64,000 bases of DNA from Erysipelotrichaceae bacterium (lineage in GTDB: Bacteria; Bacillota_I; Bacilli_A; Erysipelotrichales; Erysipelotrichaceae). The DNA lies in NCBI GenBank assembly GCA_017431405.1, contig JAFRLB010000077.1, forward strand, positions 21,515-85,514. Reading direction: 5' to 3'. Positions 29,470 through 39,708 of this stretch are shown piece after piece. Below the pieces are notes generated by a model that was not told the DNA's origin, searched no databases, and worked only from the letters and a program-made list of their open reading frames with translations. Each line of letters starts with the position of its first letter. The stretch's first letter is position 1. The translations under genes were made by a program, and so were the position numbers.

Positions 29470-30746
29470 AGTATTTCTCCAATCAAATAATCTTCTTTCA
29501 TATCCTTATAGCGGACATTTACCATCTTATGTAAAAGTGATGTATCATCGCTCTTTATCTTAACCATTACATACTCGCTGTTATGGCCCTGCAGGTATCC
29601 GTCCTTACTGATTTCAAGTAATACTTTTCCCTGTTTTCCCCTGAAATCATTAACGAAACAATTGTATAACCCGTCTGATAAGTTTGTCAATTCACTGACC
29701 CTCTGACGTTTAATGGTTTCCGGTATCTGATTTTTCATAACGGCAGCCGGGGTATGCTTCTTGGCCGCATATGGGAAGACATGCAGGAATGAGAAGTTAA
29801 CATCTTTAATGAACTGCTTGGTATCATTGAAGTTTTCTTCGCTTTCACCTGGGAAGCCAACTATGACATCGCTTGAGATGCTCACAGAAGGAACCATGGC
29901 TCTGATTTCCTTTATCCTGTTAAGATATTCAGCAGTTGTATAAGGCCTGTTCATGGCCTTTAAAACAGCGTCACAGCCGGTTTGAGATGGGATGTGCAGA
30001 TGTCTGGCGATTCTTTCATCCCTGCTCATTAATTCAACACGTTCATCGGTTACTTCCGTCATTTCAATTGAGGAAATTCTCAATCTTTCCAGACCTTTCA
30101 CTTCATCAAGCAGCCTCTTTACCAGCGTTGTAAAATCGGTATCGCCATATTTGTATCTGCCGGTATGAATGCCTGTCAGCACCAGTTCCTTATGGCCGTT
30201 TTCAACTAACTTCTGAGCTATCTCAATTACCTTGTCAGGATCAAGACATCTTTCCCTGCCTCTGGCATATGGTATTACACAATAGGTACAGAACTGATTA
30301 CATCCATCCTGTATCTTCAGATAGGCTCTGGTCTGCTTGTAGCTTTCCAGCATCATTTCTTCAAACGGACAGCCTTTCAGATCTTCAACCAGGGAGATCT
30401 TCTCTCCTGTTTCCAGGAATCTGTCGATCAACTGTGGAATCTCCTTTTTATGGGAGCTTCCTACTAAGATGTCAACATCTTCAAAGATGCTCTTATCTTC
30501 TGCCTCCATCTGTACATAACAGCCCACAACACAAAGCACACAGTCCTTATTCAGTTTTCTGGCTCTGTGCATCATCTGCCTGCTCTTACTGCCGGCAACA
30601 TTGGTTACCGTACAGCTGTTAATGATGTAGATGTCTGCGTACTGGCCCCATTTTACTTCCTCATATTTCTTTGAAAGCTCCTGCTGGTACCAGTTAGCTT
30701 CATAGTTATTGACCTTACACCCTAAGTTACATATCGCAAATTTCAT
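29466..30746 (-). CDS. mtaB: tRNA t6A37 methylthiotransferase MtaB (radical SAM)
   Basis: Start trimmed to MKFAICNLGCKVNNYE. Radical SAM motif is CNQFCTYC. rsmE-mtaB order as in Bacillus yqeU-yqeV. Confidence 0.85.
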   Translation of the reverse strand: MKFAICNLGCKVNNYEANWYQQELSKKYEEVKWGQYADIYIINSCTVTNVAGSKSRQMMHRARKLNKDCVLCVVGCYVQMEAEDKSIFEDVDILVGSSHKKEIPQLIDRFLETGEKISLVEDLKGCPFEEMMLESYKQTRAYLKIQDGCNQFCTYCVIPYARGRERCLDPDKVIEIAQKLVENGHKELVLTGIHTGRYKYGDTDFTTLVKRLLDEVKGLERLRISSIEMTEVTDERVELMSRDERIARHLHIPSQTGCDAVLKAMNRPYTTAEYLNRIKEIRAMVPSVSISSDVIVGFPGESEENFNDTKQFIKDVNFSFLHVFPYAAKKHTPAAVMKNQIPETIKRQRVSELTNLSDGLYNCFVNDFRGKQGKVLLEISKDGYLQGHNSEYVMVKIKSDDTSLLHKMVNVRYKDMKEDYLIGEIL

Positions 30747-30747
30747 C

Positions 30748-31455
30748 TTAATCTCCATATGCGTCAATGACGCTTAAGGCATACATGCCCGCTGTTTCTG
30801 CCCTTAGTATCCTCTTACCCAATGAAACACAGGTAAAGCCGATTTCATTAAGGTAATCTATTTCGCTTTTTTCAAAGCCGCCCTCTGGCCCGGCCAGTAT
30901 GAGAATGTTACCGTCAGAAATGTAATCTCTTAATTTTCTGCACTCTTCATTTTCATAGGCCACCAGATTAATGTCCTGCTTGTACTTTTCAATGTTCTTT
31001 AACTTAACTGGTTCAACGACCTCACACAAGCTTGTACGGTTTGACTGCTGACAAGCTTCAAGAGTTATCTTGTTCCATCTTTCAAGTTTCTTTTTTATTT
31101 CCTTATCATCCAGATGAATGATCGTTCTTCTGGTTTCCAAAGGTACTATTACATCAGCCCCTAATTCAGCAGCCTTCTGTAACAGTAATTCCCATTTGTC
31201 CTTCTTGATCATGGCAGCGCCATAAACTATCTTTCTGTCTTTTTCTTCAGAAGCATCTTCTTCATCAATGTAGACAAATGTCTTTCTGTCCACGTATCTG
31301 ATGTGACCAAGAAAGGCCTGCGAATTAACATCAACGATTCTCACAGGCTCATCTTCGCTCATTCTTAGTACGCTCTTAACATGATGAGCCTGATTTTCAT
31401 CAAGCTCATACATATCATTGCACTTCAATTCTTCCTTAACAAAAAACTGACGCAT
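30748..31455 (-). CDS. rsmE: 16S rRNA (uracil1498-N3)-methyltransferase RsmE
   Basis: 235 aa with the family-typical N-terminus MRQFFV and C-terminal GPEGGF...LGKRILRAETA. Confidence 0.85.
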   Translation of the reverse strand: MRQFFVKEELKCNDMYELDENQAHHVKSVLRMSEDEPVRIVDVNSQAFLGHIRYVDRKTFVYIDEEDASEEKDRKIVYGAAMIKKDKWELLLQKAAELGADVIVPLETRRTIIHLDDKEIKKKLERWNKITLEACQQSNRTSLCEVVEPVKLKNIEKYKQDINLVAYENEECRKLRDYISDGNILILAGPEGGFEKSEIDYLNEIGFTCVSLGKRILRAETAGMYALSVIDAYGD

Positions 31456-32186
31456 TATTTATTTTCACCCTCCAAAGCCATCTGCTTCAAAGTCTTTATT
31501 TCATGTGGTTTTAATCTTCTGTAACTGCCAACTGGCATCTGATCATCTCTGACACAGCCATATTGGGTTCTATGTAATTTACTGACTTCATAACCCAGAG
31601 TTTCCATCATTCTTCTGATCTGACGGTTTCTGCCTTCAGTGATGGTGATGTCCAGACTGGTTCTTTCATTTGGAATGTCCTGGTTAGTGATCTTGACAAC
31701 TGCCGGTAAGGTCTTGATGCCATCATCAAGAGTTACGCCTTCTGATAAGTGCTTTACATCCATCTTGCTTACAAGGCCCTTAACTGTTACGTGATAGGTC
31801 TTTGGCAAGTGATACTTAGGATGCATGAGCATGTTGGCGAAATTACCGTCATTGGTTAATATGATCAGGCCTGAAGAATCATAGTCAAGTCTTCCTACCG
31901 GATAGATCCTGGCTTCGGTTTCAACCAGATCAGTAACCTGGGCCCTGCCGTGTTCATCATTGACACTGCAGATGTATTTTCTTGGCTTATTCACCAGATA
32001 GTATTCCAGCTCTTCATGTGGTAATGGCTTACCGTCAACGGTAATGACATCACTTTTTTCTACCTGGGAGCCTAACTTGTCCACAACAACACCATTGACC
32101 TTAACCTTGCCGGCTACGATCAATTCTTCAGCTTTTCTTCTGCTTGTCAGCCCACTGGCTGCGATAACTTTCTGTAATCTTTCCAT
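31455..32186 (-). CDS. rluB: 23S rRNA pseudouridine synthase RluB family
   Basis: 243 aa. Has an S4 domain (SRRKAEELIVAGKVKVNG) and the catalytic GRLDYDSSGL. Confidence 0.85.
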   Translation of the reverse strand: MERLQKVIAASGLTSRRKAEELIVAGKVKVNGVVVDKLGSQVEKSDVITVDGKPLPHEELEYYLVNKPRKYICSVNDEHGRAQVTDLVETEARIYPVGRLDYDSSGLIILTNDGNFANMLMHPKYHLPKTYHVTVKGLVSKMDVKHLSEGVTLDDGIKTLPAVVKITNQDIPNERTSLDITITEGRNRQIRRMMETLGYEVSKLHRTQYGCVRDDQMPVGSYRRLKPHEIKTLKQMALEGENK

Positions 32187-32734
32187 TAGTCAAACAAATC
32201 TCTTTCTGCTTCGCTAACCTGCTGATAGTCAGGTAATTCAGGTAATTCATCCAAGCTCTTTAACTTAAATGTATCCATGAACTGTTCGGTTACTTCATAG
32301 GTAAATGGTCTTCCGGCAACTTCCAGTCTGCCTGCTTCTCTGATCAGATTTCTGGCCAAAAGCTTTCTGATCATCATGTCACAGCCAACACCTCTGATCT
32401 CTTCGATCTCAACTCTGGTTACCGGCTGCTTGTAGGCAATTATTGCCAGTGTTTCCAAGGCAGCTGGTGAGAAGCCTCTTACTTCACTGTGCTCAAACAG
32501 TTTCTTACAGTATTCATGGGAAATGGCCTTACTGACAAGTTTGTATCTGCCGCCATAACATACCATTTCAATGCCTCTGGTTTCATCTTCAGTATATTTT
32601 ACGCCTAATTCATCCAGGGCCCTCTGGGTATCTTCTTCACTTAATTCCAGAGTTGCGGCTAATTGCGGCAAGGTAATGCCGTCATCACCAACAACATATA
32701 ATATTCCTTCTATGATAGCTGAAAGGTTATTCAT
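32186..32734 (-). CDS. scpB: Segregation and condensation protein B
   Basis: 182 aa, EGILYVVGDDGITL...LETLAIIAYKQPVTRVEIEEIRGV. Confidence 0.9.
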   Translation of the reverse strand: MNNLSAIIEGILYVVGDDGITLPQLAATLELSEEDTQRALDELGVKYTEDETRGIEMVCYGGRYKLVSKAISHEYCKKLFEHSEVRGFSPAALETLAIIAYKQPVTRVEIEEIRGVGCDMMIRKLLARNLIREAGRLEVAGRPFTYEVTEQFMDTFKLKSLDELPELPDYQQVSEAERDLFD

Positions 32735-33455
32735 AACTTACTCCCTTAGTAAAATATACTTCATCATTCTTAACGGTAAAGGTTACCTGTCCTTCATGGA
32801 CTAATTCCAGTAATGAGAGGAAAGTAACGACTACCAGATATACGTTCTTACAGTCTTCCATGGTCTGGCTCATCGTAAAGTTGCCATTCCATTCCCTGAT
32901 CTTTGTTCTTAGCTGTTTCTTACGGTCATCAACACTGATCTCCTTGGTAGTGATGCTGACCTCATAAGGCTGTTCCAGCTGGAAACGTTTCAGGCATTTC
33001 TGCATGGCCTTAATCAGTTCATATGGTGATGTTTCCTTGAAACTGTCATCATAAACGGTCCATTCATTAGCTATTTCACTGACTGGCTTATCATGCATCA
33101 ACAGTCTTTCGTTATACAGTTCTTCAAACTGTGAAGAGATTTCCTTATACTTCTGATACTCAATCAGTCTTCTGACTAACTGTTCAGATTCATCTTCTTC
33201 ATAGTTGTCTTCCAAATCGTCCTTATCGTTAGGCAATAACTTCTTGCTCTTGTACTCAATTAAAGTAGCTAATTCAACCATGTACTCGCTGGCAATATCC
33301 AGATGCAGATCCTGCATAGCTCTGATATAGGCCAGATACTGGTCAGTCAGTTTAACGATGTCCAAGGCAAAAAGATCCAGCTCACCTTCCTTGATAAGGT
33401 GCAGCATCAGATCTAATGGTCCGTCAAACTGGTCTATGTTAACTTTAAAATCCAT
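32727..33455 (-). CDS. scpA: Segregation and condensation protein A
   Basis: Start trimmed to MDFKVNIDQFDGPLDLMLHLI. The alternative ATG at 33461 is possible. Confidence 0.9.
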   Translation of the reverse strand: MDFKVNIDQFDGPLDLMLHLIKEGELDLFALDIVKLTDQYLAYIRAMQDLHLDIASEYMVELATLIEYKSKKLLPNDKDDLEDNYEEDESEQLVRRLIEYQKYKEISSQFEELYNERLLMHDKPVSEIANEWTVYDDSFKETSPYELIKAMQKCLKRFQLEQPYEVSITTKEISVDDRKKQLRTKIREWNGNFTMSQTMEDCKNVYLVVVTFLSLLELVHEGQVTFTVKNDEVYFTKGVSYE

Positions 33456-33528
33456 CGTCATTACCTCGGTGTAAGTATACCACAAACACACTGATAATGC
33501 GATGGATTCAAAGTTACTGTAATATAAG

Positions 33529-34335
33529 TTAAACTAGCACATGCTTAAACAGATAATCACCAAGACCGCCTTCGACACATGTAAGATCGGTGACATCTTC
33601 ACTAATCTTCTTTGTTTCCTCCATGCCATCCTTCAGGCAGATGCCATGACATATCTTCAGCATTTCATCATCGTTTTCACTGTCGCCAAAGGCCATGACT
33701 TCATCAAGAGAAAAGTTTTCCATTTCACAGATTCTTCTTAGGGTGTGCCCTTTTGAGGTTTCCGGATGAACAAATTCAAGAACCGTCTTCTGAGTCTGAA
33801 CTAAAACCCATTTATCAGACTTGTGTTTTTCAACAAATTTTCTTACTTCAGGTACCATTTCTTCTTCCACGCGATAGATAAGTTTTGCGTTTGGTTTCTG
33901 CCATACAGGCCCCAGCTCTGAAGTAAGATAGATCTTCAGTTTATTTCTGCGGCAACTTGCTTCGGCTTCTGCGTCACTTCTGTCCATTAACATGCCATCC
34001 TGCCAGTAAACAAACGGATTAAGGTGGAATGGTTTCATCATGTCACAAAGTTCCTTAATGGTTTCGCCGGATAACAGTTCATATTCATGTACCTTATTTC
34101 TGGTACGGTCAAGTAATTCTGCCCCATTCATGCCTAAGACAAACGGCTGTTTGAAAGTAAGATTCCAGCCATCTTCAACGACCTTCAGATTATAGAGATT
34201 CTTTCCTGAAGCCAGGCAGAAAGGTATTCCTCTTCTGTGCAGTTCATAAAGAGCTTCCCTGTTTCTTTCCGGAAGCTTTTCACCTGTAGGTGCCAATGTA
34301 TTGTCATAATCAGCGATAACTAATTTAATATTCAT
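33529..34335 (-). CDS. Cof-type HAD-IIB family phosphatase
   Basis: 268 aa, DYDNTL nucleophile motif and GDSENDDEM. Confidence 0.75.
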   Translation of the reverse strand: MNIKLVIADYDNTLAPTGEKLPERNREALYELHRRGIPFCLASGKNLYNLKVVEDGWNLTFKQPFVLGMNGAELLDRTRNKVHEYELLSGETIKELCDMMKPFHLNPFVYWQDGMLMDRSDAEAEASCRRNKLKIYLTSELGPVWQKPNAKLIYRVEEEMVPEVRKFVEKHKSDKWVLVQTQKTVLEFVHPETSKGHTLRRICEMENFSLDEVMAFGDSENDDEMLKICHGICLKDGMEETKKISEDVTDLTCVEGGLGDYLFKHVLV

Positions 34336-34540
34336 GAAAATACCTCAGTTAGTACATATTTTACCACTTAGGCATGCTAATTGCATCCAACATGAAACAA
34401 ACATTCACCACAATATGTAAGTATTTGAAGCATTTGTTAATATTTGATGTTTTTTTCAGTTTTATTGTGATATATTTAAAGTATCTTTTATTTTTAATTT
34501 AATATATCTATAATAAAATAAAAATTGGGGGTGTTTTATT

Positions 34541-35326
34541 ATGATTGCTTCAGAAAGACGTATTTACATTTTAGGCAAACTATCCGAAAGAGGAACAATC
34601 TCTTTAACTGAAACAGCTAAAGAGCTACACACATCAGTAGCTACTGTACGCCGTGACTTTGATTCCCTGGCAAAGGAAGATTACATTGAAAGAGTTCATG
34701 GCGGACTTATTCTTAAGGAATCAATGTTCCTGCAGAAAAACATGTATAACAATAACGCCGCCTTGGCCTTGAAGCAAAGACAGAAGAGCAACGAGGCTGA
34801 AAAGCGTGTTGTTGCGCAGGCAGCTGCTTCCCTGGTTAACGATGGCGATTTCATTTATCTTGACACAGGTACATCAATTGCCGCAATCGTTGATTTCTTA
34901 CTGGATAAGAAGATCAGCATCGTTACTCCTAACCTTCTGATATTGGACAGAATCAGAGAACTGGAAGTTGAAATGGATATCGTTCTGATTGGCGGCAAGT
35001 GTAACATTTCCCATGGCTCAACGGTTGGTCCTATTTCCGTACAGTTCATTCAGCAGTTCAATTTCGACAAGGCATTTTTTGGATGCTACGCAATTGATCT
35101 GGCAACCAACATGGCATATGATGATGGCCCTGACTCCTGTTTCCTGAAGGTCAATGCCTTTAACAATACCAATGACAGCTACCTGTTAGCCGATTCATCA
35201 AAGCTAAACAAGAAATCATTCTACAAGTTTACGGAAATATCAAAGTTCAAGAACGTTTTCTGTAACACACCAAAGAACAGCGACTATCGTTTGCCATCAA
35301 ATTTCATAACATTGGACGTTAAATAA
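34541..35326 (+). CDS. DeoR family transcriptional regulator
   Basis: 261 aa. N-terminal HTH is ERRIYILGKLSERGTISLTETAKELHTSVATVRRDFDSL, followed by a C-terminal sugar-phosphate sensor domain. Confidence 0.85.
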   Translation: MIASERRIYILGKLSERGTISLTETAKELHTSVATVRRDFDSLAKEDYIERVHGGLILKESMFLQKNMYNNNAALALKQRQKSNEAEKRVVAQAAASLVNDGDFIYLDTGTSIAAIVDFLLDKKISIVTPNLLILDRIRELEVEMDIVLIGGKCNISHGSTVGPISVQFIQQFNFDKAFFGCYAIDLATNMAYDDGPDSCFLKVNAFNNTNDSYLLADSSKLNKKSFYKFTEISKFKNVFCNTPKNSDYRLPSNFITLDVK

Positions 35327-35404
35327 ACAAATGCGGCTTTCTTACGGAAGGCCGTTTTTAATACAGACATTAATCTCAACGGTTACGTATTAGAAAGGAA
35401 GAAA

Positions 35405-36868
35405 ATGAACAGACCACAGACAATCATCACTACCGACATGGAAGTCGACGACATGAATTCCCTGATTCATTTATGTCTCTACTTAAATGAATTTGATTTA
35501 TTAGGTGTCATTTACACCTCCAGCCAGTACCATTTCCTGGGCGATGGCACTCACACTCTGGGTGAAATATCGCCAAATTACCGCTGCAGCGGGCCAAATG
35601 GAATGGTAAGACCAAGAGTAATACACGGACCAGACCCGGCGGCCAAAGATCTTTATGACTTCAGGCCATTTGAAAAAGGCTGGATCGAAAACCTCTGGAA
35701 TAATCAATACCGTGAAGCGTATGAAAACCTGAAAAAGCATGCCGAAGGCTACCCTACTCCAGAATATCTTCTGAGCATTACCAAGTATGGCAACATTGAA
35801 TTTGAAGGTGATGTCCGTTTTGATACTGAAGGATCAAAAATGATTGAAGAAGAGCTTTTAAAGGAAAAGGAAGACATTTTGTACCTGCAGTCCTGGGGTG
35901 GCGTAAATACCATTGTCAGAAGCCTCTTGTCAATTTACCAGCAGTATCATGAAACTGATAAATGGCAGGACATCTATGACAGGATCATCAGACGTGTAAG
36001 ATTATTAGGTGTATTCAACTTCATGGGTCAGGATAACAGCTATCTTGATAACCGCATTAACGAGCTTTACCCGGACTTAGTAATCATGGCAACCCAGCAT
36101 GTTTATGGCGTCTACAGCTTTGATAAGGTCGTACCTGATGACTGTGCATACATGTTTGAGGCTGACTGGATGAAGAAAAACATCCATGACGGTAACGGAC
36201 CGTTAATGGAAATGTACCACCTTTATGGTGATGGCCAGTATGTGCCTGGTGAAGCTGAGTTATATCAGTTTGGCATTAACTCAACACTGGACTTTGGTAA
36301 GCCTGGCATACCTCCTGTAAAATACGAACCATTTACCTTCTTAGCTGAAGGAGACAGTAATACATACATTCCATTAATCAGCTTTGGTACTGATGGCCTG
36401 ACTGATGAAGAATCGCCTACCCTGTTAGGTTACTTCCGAAAGGAAAAAGATCTGGAAAAGGTTGACCGCAATACTAAGAACGCCTGCTTCATAAAAGCTT
36501 ATCAGGAAGACTTCGCCGTAAGAGCAAAGTGGTGTGTAAGTGAATTTGAAGATGCCGTTCACCCGTTAAAGGTAACACTGAACAAGAATGTTACATATGC
36601 CGTACCTGCTGAAGTAATAAGTCTTAAGTCTATGATCAAGGACTATGACGGTAAAGGTTATACAGTCAAATGGCAGTTAATGCCGCAATACTCAAGATAT
36701 CATGGTAATGGCAGAGTATACATTTCGCATAAGAACAGCGTTGATACATCAGTCATCATCCCGGCTGACTGTAAACCTGGCGACATGTTCTTCATTCTCC
36801 TGGAAGCCAGAAACAAGGCAGATATACCAACTACCAGATATGCTCAGGTAAAAATCATAGTTATATAA
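35405..36868 (+). CDS. DUF1593-type (nucleoside-hydrolase-like N-domain) protein
   Basis: 487 aa with the N-terminus IITTDMEVDDMNSLIHLCLYLNEFDLLGVIYTSS, typical of DUF1593. Confidence 0.55.
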   Translation: MNRPQTIITTDMEVDDMNSLIHLCLYLNEFDLLGVIYTSSQYHFLGDGTHTLGEISPNYRCSGPNGMVRPRVIHGPDPAAKDLYDFRPFEKGWIENLWNNQYREAYENLKKHAEGYPTPEYLLSITKYGNIEFEGDVRFDTEGSKMIEEELLKEKEDILYLQSWGGVNTIVRSLLSIYQQYHETDKWQDIYDRIIRRVRLLGVFNFMGQDNSYLDNRINELYPDLVIMATQHVYGVYSFDKVVPDDCAYMFEADWMKKNIHDGNGPLMEMYHLYGDGQYVPGEAELYQFGINSTLDFGKPGIPPVKYEPFTFLAEGDSNTYIPLISFGTDGLTDEESPTLLGYFRKEKDLEKVDRNTKNACFIKAYQEDFAVRAKWCVSEFEDAVHPLKVTLNKNVTYAVPAEVISLKSMIKDYDGKGYTVKWQLMPQYSRYHGNGRVYISHKNSVDTSVIIPADCKPGDMFFILLEARNKADIPTTRYAQVKIIVI

Positions 36869-36874
36869 AAATAC

Positions 36875-36894
36875 CGGCGGACAATTGTCCGCCG
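36875..36894. terminator. Bidirectional terminator between convergent genes
   Basis: Perfect 20-nt palindrome cggcggacaattgtccgccg with T-rich flanks on both strands. Confidence 0.75.
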
Positions 36895-36899
36895 TTGTT

Positions 36900-38009
36900 T
36901 TATCTTTCGTAGAACCACTCACCATTTATCATGGTCTTAAGAACATTCAGGTCCTTATCCATTAATACCAGATCAGCCTTTCTGCCAACCTCGATTTTAC
37001 CTCTGTCCTTAAGCAGGTAAGCTTCAGCGGCATTCTCAGTAAATATCTTACCGATGGTTTCAAGTGAGAAGCCATGAGCATACATCGTACGCATGTTTTC
37101 ATCAAAGGTATGACAGCCCGTAACCAGCTTGCCATTGACATCTCTTACCGCGCCATCCTTAATAAATACCTTCATGCCGAACATGTCATATTCACCTTCC
37201 GGCTTACCCATTAATGGTGAAGAATCCGATACTGCCACAACATGGTCATCACCTTTCATCTTCAGAATCAGCTGAATGAATTCCGGGGATACATGGATAC
37301 AGTCACCGTTTAGCTGCAGGTAAAGATCCTTTTCCAGTAAACACTGTAATACTGCACTTGATACATGATGGTCTAATAACGGGAAGCCATTTGGATAGTG
37401 GTCAGTCAGTCTAGCTCCGTTTTTAACAGCGTCTCTGACATCTTCACTTGTTCCTTCGGTAAAGCCTATTAGCGGTAATACCCCGTTTTCCCTCAGCCAT
37501 CTGGTCCAGCTGCGGTCCGGATCCAATTCAGGAGCATACAGAACTGCCCTGACATCTGACAGATCCCCATCGGCCAGTTCAAGCGTATCTTCCTTACTTG
37601 GAGCTACACTTATTGGATAATAAGGAATTGAACGGTGCTTATAATCGGTATAAAGGAAGATACCGATGACTTCAGCACCGGGAACATTCTTGGTTGCTCT
37701 TATTGTTCTGAGTCTGTGCTTTGTTTCCTCATCATGCTTGACAATAGGTGTCGGTATGTAGGCCGTAACACCATATTGCGGTAAGGTACGGGCGATCTCC
37801 TGCATCTTTTCCAGCGAGTCACCGCAATAGGCTTCACAAGCCCCATGGAAATGAGCGTCAATGAAGCCGGCGAACAGATAACAGCCGCTTGCGTCAAAGC
37901 CCTCTTCTACAATGTCCTTGGAGATCTCCGTTATTAGCCCCTTCTCCGTTCTGACATCACAATCATAAAAACTGCCGTTAATAAATACCTTTGCGTTCTT
38001 TATTATCAT
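36900..38009 (-). CDS. Amidohydrolase, NagA-like (N-acetylhexosamine-6-phosphate deacetylase family, divergent)
   Basis: 369 aa with the metal motif GFIDAHFHG. Overall NagA-like length, but it lacks the usual HLFNAM-type segment. Confidence 0.6.
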   Translation of the reverse strand: MIIKNAKVFINGSFYDCDVRTEKGLITEISKDIVEEGFDASGCYLFAGFIDAHFHGACEAYCGDSLEKMQEIARTLPQYGVTAYIPTPIVKHDEETKHRLRTIRATKNVPGAEVIGIFLYTDYKHRSIPYYPISVAPSKEDTLELADGDLSDVRAVLYAPELDPDRSWTRWLRENGVLPLIGFTEGTSEDVRDAVKNGARLTDHYPNGFPLLDHHVSSAVLQCLLEKDLYLQLNGDCIHVSPEFIQLILKMKGDDHVVAVSDSSPLMGKPEGEYDMFGMKVFIKDGAVRDVNGKLVTGCHTFDENMRTMYAHGFSLETIGKIFTENAAEAYLLKDRGKIEVGRKADLVLMDKDLNVLKTMINGEWFYER

Positions 38010-38017
38010 ATTTCCTC

Positions 38018-39691
38018 CTAAGCCAGATACTTCTCACAGAAATACAGGAAAGCTCCGGCTGATGATGTAAAACTAGGCAGATGCTGGCCCTTGCCGCTTA
38101 AGGCACTGAAACATTCATAACTGCCTGATTTTCTGAAAGCGAAACAATAGGACATCATTATCCTTTCGGCGGTAGCCATTTCACCGCATTCATATAAGTT
38201 ATCTACCAGTGGAACGGTATAGTAGTGGAATACTGAACCACGGAAGTATCCGTCTTCTTCATACTTTTCACTTTGCTTAGCCTCGGAAGAAAGACCGTAA
38301 TCACTCATGTAGTCTCTCTCCAAGACGCCGATCCACTTCTTTCTCAAGCCTAATGGTAATCTGTCTTTTAGTAACAACAACGTATAAGGAATTATAGACT
38401 TTGTCTTTATCTCCTTACCGGTGATGCTTTCTCTTACACAAGGCAATCCTTCATCATTGACGAAATACTTAATGGCTTTCTGAGCTAAGATGTCAGCCTG
38501 CTCCTTCCAGTAAATTGATATTTTCCAGTTACCCAAGGTATCAGCTAAGATGCTTAAGGTATCCATGGCTTCAACCAGGTAACAAGTCAGATCTGGAGAA
38601 TCAACAGGACCGGCAAAATCAAATACCGTCGCATTATCCATGCAGGATTCATTGCCATGGTGATATTCACAAATGCCATCGTGATTGCCATCCTTATATA
38701 ACTGCCAGAATTCTATCTGTTTCTTAATGCCGTTATAGAGAATTGAAGCCTCTTCATAGCTGAGAGTATACCTCTTGATCAACTGGCGTAAGAACATGCC
38801 CTGTCCCGGCGGTTTCATGAACATCCAGCGCATGTTACTGTCGTCCATTGAACCGGGAATCGTTCCTATTTCATCCTGATGCTCAAAGAAGGATATTATC
38901 TGATTTAAGGCCAGCTTATTGTCAATTCCCACTAAGCCATACATTGGGAAGCCGGCATCAAATGACCATACGCAGTTAAGGTCATGGTTACTGGCTAAAA
39001 CAAGGTCACGCTTCTGTAATCCTTCAGCCTTGATAACACTTGACCAGAGTATGTATGCGGCATATCTGACATCATCCTGCCAGTCAGGTAATGATACCCT
39101 GTAGCCGCTGGCAAACATGTCAAAGACAAGTTCGGTGTTCTCAACACATTTTTCAAATTCAGTCTTGTCCCATAAGCAGCGATTCATGTTGTGCTTTACT
39201 TCCTGAATGCGGAAGGTATAGGCTTTTTCTCTGGATCTGATGACTAACTTGCAGACAAGGTTATTCTTGTCTTCATAATTATTCAATAAGAAAATGTCAG
39301 CTGAATCGCTGTAAACGATGTATTTGGTAAAAGTCTTGTAACTGTTAACAACGTAATAATAGCCTGTCTCATCCTTATTTCTGAAGGCATAGTCAAACTG
39401 ATTCGCCGGTGCAAAATCCAGTTCTATTACGGCCTCAGCCGTTCCCTGGAAGACAACTGTCGACTCATCGGAATAAGTAACGTTTACTACCTTGTCATCC
39501 TTACTGATGCTGGTCATAGGGAAACTAAGGTCAAGTTTCTGCTCTCCCTCGCCCAGAAGATTTACCGTCATTACATCAGCGATGTGAGTTGTCTTAGCCA
39601 TACCGTGCTTGGTATGCATGACCAGGTTACCGTCATTGTTTCTGAAAGACATGTATGAGCCGTAATAGCTGAAAAAATCAATCTGCTTCAT
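38018..39691 (-). CDS. Putative (alpha/alpha)6-barrel glycoside hydrolase (GH63/GH37-like)
   Basis: 557 aa. The segment HHGNESCMDNATVFD resembles the ESGMDNSPR catalytic-acid motif of six-hairpin glycosidases. Confidence 0.5.
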   Translation of the reverse strand: MKQIDFFSYYGSYMSFRNNDGNLVMHTKHGMAKTTHIADVMTVNLLGEGEQKLDLSFPMTSISKDDKVVNVTYSDESTVVFQGTAEAVIELDFAPANQFDYAFRNKDETGYYYVVNSYKTFTKYIVYSDSADIFLLNNYEDKNNLVCKLVIRSREKAYTFRIQEVKHNMNRCLWDKTEFEKCVENTELVFDMFASGYRVSLPDWQDDVRYAAYILWSSVIKAEGLQKRDLVLASNHDLNCVWSFDAGFPMYGLVGIDNKLALNQIISFFEHQDEIGTIPGSMDDSNMRWMFMKPPGQGMFLRQLIKRYTLSYEEASILYNGIKKQIEFWQLYKDGNHDGICEYHHGNESCMDNATVFDFAGPVDSPDLTCYLVEAMDTLSILADTLGNWKISIYWKEQADILAQKAIKYFVNDEGLPCVRESITGKEIKTKSIIPYTLLLLKDRLPLGLRKKWIGVLERDYMSDYGLSSEAKQSEKYEEDGYFRGSVFHYYTVPLVDNLYECGEMATAERIMMSYCFAFRKSGSYECFSALSGKGQHLPSFTSSAGAFLYFCEKYLA

Positions 39692-39708
39692 ATACTACCC
39701 TTCTTTCC